Assembly (NCBI RefSeq): GCF_021869535.1
Contig: NW_026262679.1
Span: forward strand, 89,838,001-89,902,000
DNA: 64,000 bases
Reading direction: 5' to 3'
DNA from: Mytilus californianus
Taxonomy: Eukaryota
Part shown: positions 63,463-64,000 of the stretch, one piece after another
Layout of the letters: the number at the start of each line of letters is the position of its first letter
How positions within the stretch are numbered: the first letter of the stretch is position 1
Translations under genes and position numbers: made by a program
Notes under the pieces: generated by a model
Databases searched by the model: none
What the model was told of the DNA's origin: nothing
What the model saw: only the letters and a program-made list of their open reading frames with translations

Positions 63463-64000
63463 ATTAAATTATAATCCTGGTACCTTTAATAGCTATTTGA
63501 CGAATTATATATATGTATATACATATGTATACATAGGTATCTAAATATCGTTATTTGTCCGAAAAACTGTTGATGCGAAACTGCGCATTGTGCTCTTTTT
63601 TAAACAGAAACATGAACACCACTAGGTCAATCTTATTTTCACTTGGTGAGTAGTTGTTTGCAGTTATCATGTAACCTGTAACACATTACAATTCATGAAT
63701 TATTTTTTCACGGTATAGATATGAAAAACTATTCACCATCATGGCCAGATTTAGGAATAACAAAATCGTAAGTATAAAATGCTAAAATTATTCGTAGAGA
63801 TACACGATTATCTGAAAAGCCTTATCGATTACAGTATAAAAACAAAGTATATATAAAAAAAAAAGATAATGTGTATTTTTGACATGAACATACATAATAC
63901 CTTTTATTCAGTATCGGAAGATGGAATACTTATGGGTTAGTATTATTTATACCTCAGTGTATATCAAGTGCGAATCCAGTTAGTTCATTTTCACTGTCGT

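Larger units (their letters stand above)
62831..63498 (+). mobile_element. Tandem 355-bp units (~1.9 copies) carrying hammerhead ribozymes; non-LTR retrozyme
   Basis: gtttcgtccccgagggtatcgcca at 62831 and 63186. Units are nearly identical. Confidence 0.9.

Overview
AT-rich eukaryotic genomic DNA with GT-AG introns. The repeat families point to a bivalve mollusc, most likely Mytilus (inference from recognisable repeats; no database was run). Host coding content is sparse and glycan-related: an intact single-exon GT11 alpha-1,2-fucosyltransferase (21510-22466, -), an intact DUF268-family type II membrane protein (35576-36604, +) and an orphan GT92/DUF23-like exon (6405-6574, +). The rest is mostly mobile DNA. 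There are many 5'-truncated Penelope-like (Naiad-type) fragments and a decayed Ngaro/DIRS-like tyrosine-recombinase retrotransposon (about 40.1-43.8 kb). A 12,456-bp PIF/Harbinger element (47552-60007) has perfect 34-bp TIRs, a CTG target duplication, an uninterrupted 5-exon transposase and a convergent spliced second gene overlapping its 3' end. A hAT relic, MITEs, Helentron-like elements and SINEs are also present. The most notable non-coding signal is three families of tandem repeats carrying minimal type I hammerhead ribozymes (retrozyme-like): a 538-bp family with two intact cores, a 355-bp family with one intact and one deleted core plus a chimera with a Penelope-like RT fragment, and a degenerate ~358-bp family. 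All alignments, folds and translations were done by eye, so boundaries of decayed repeats are approximate.
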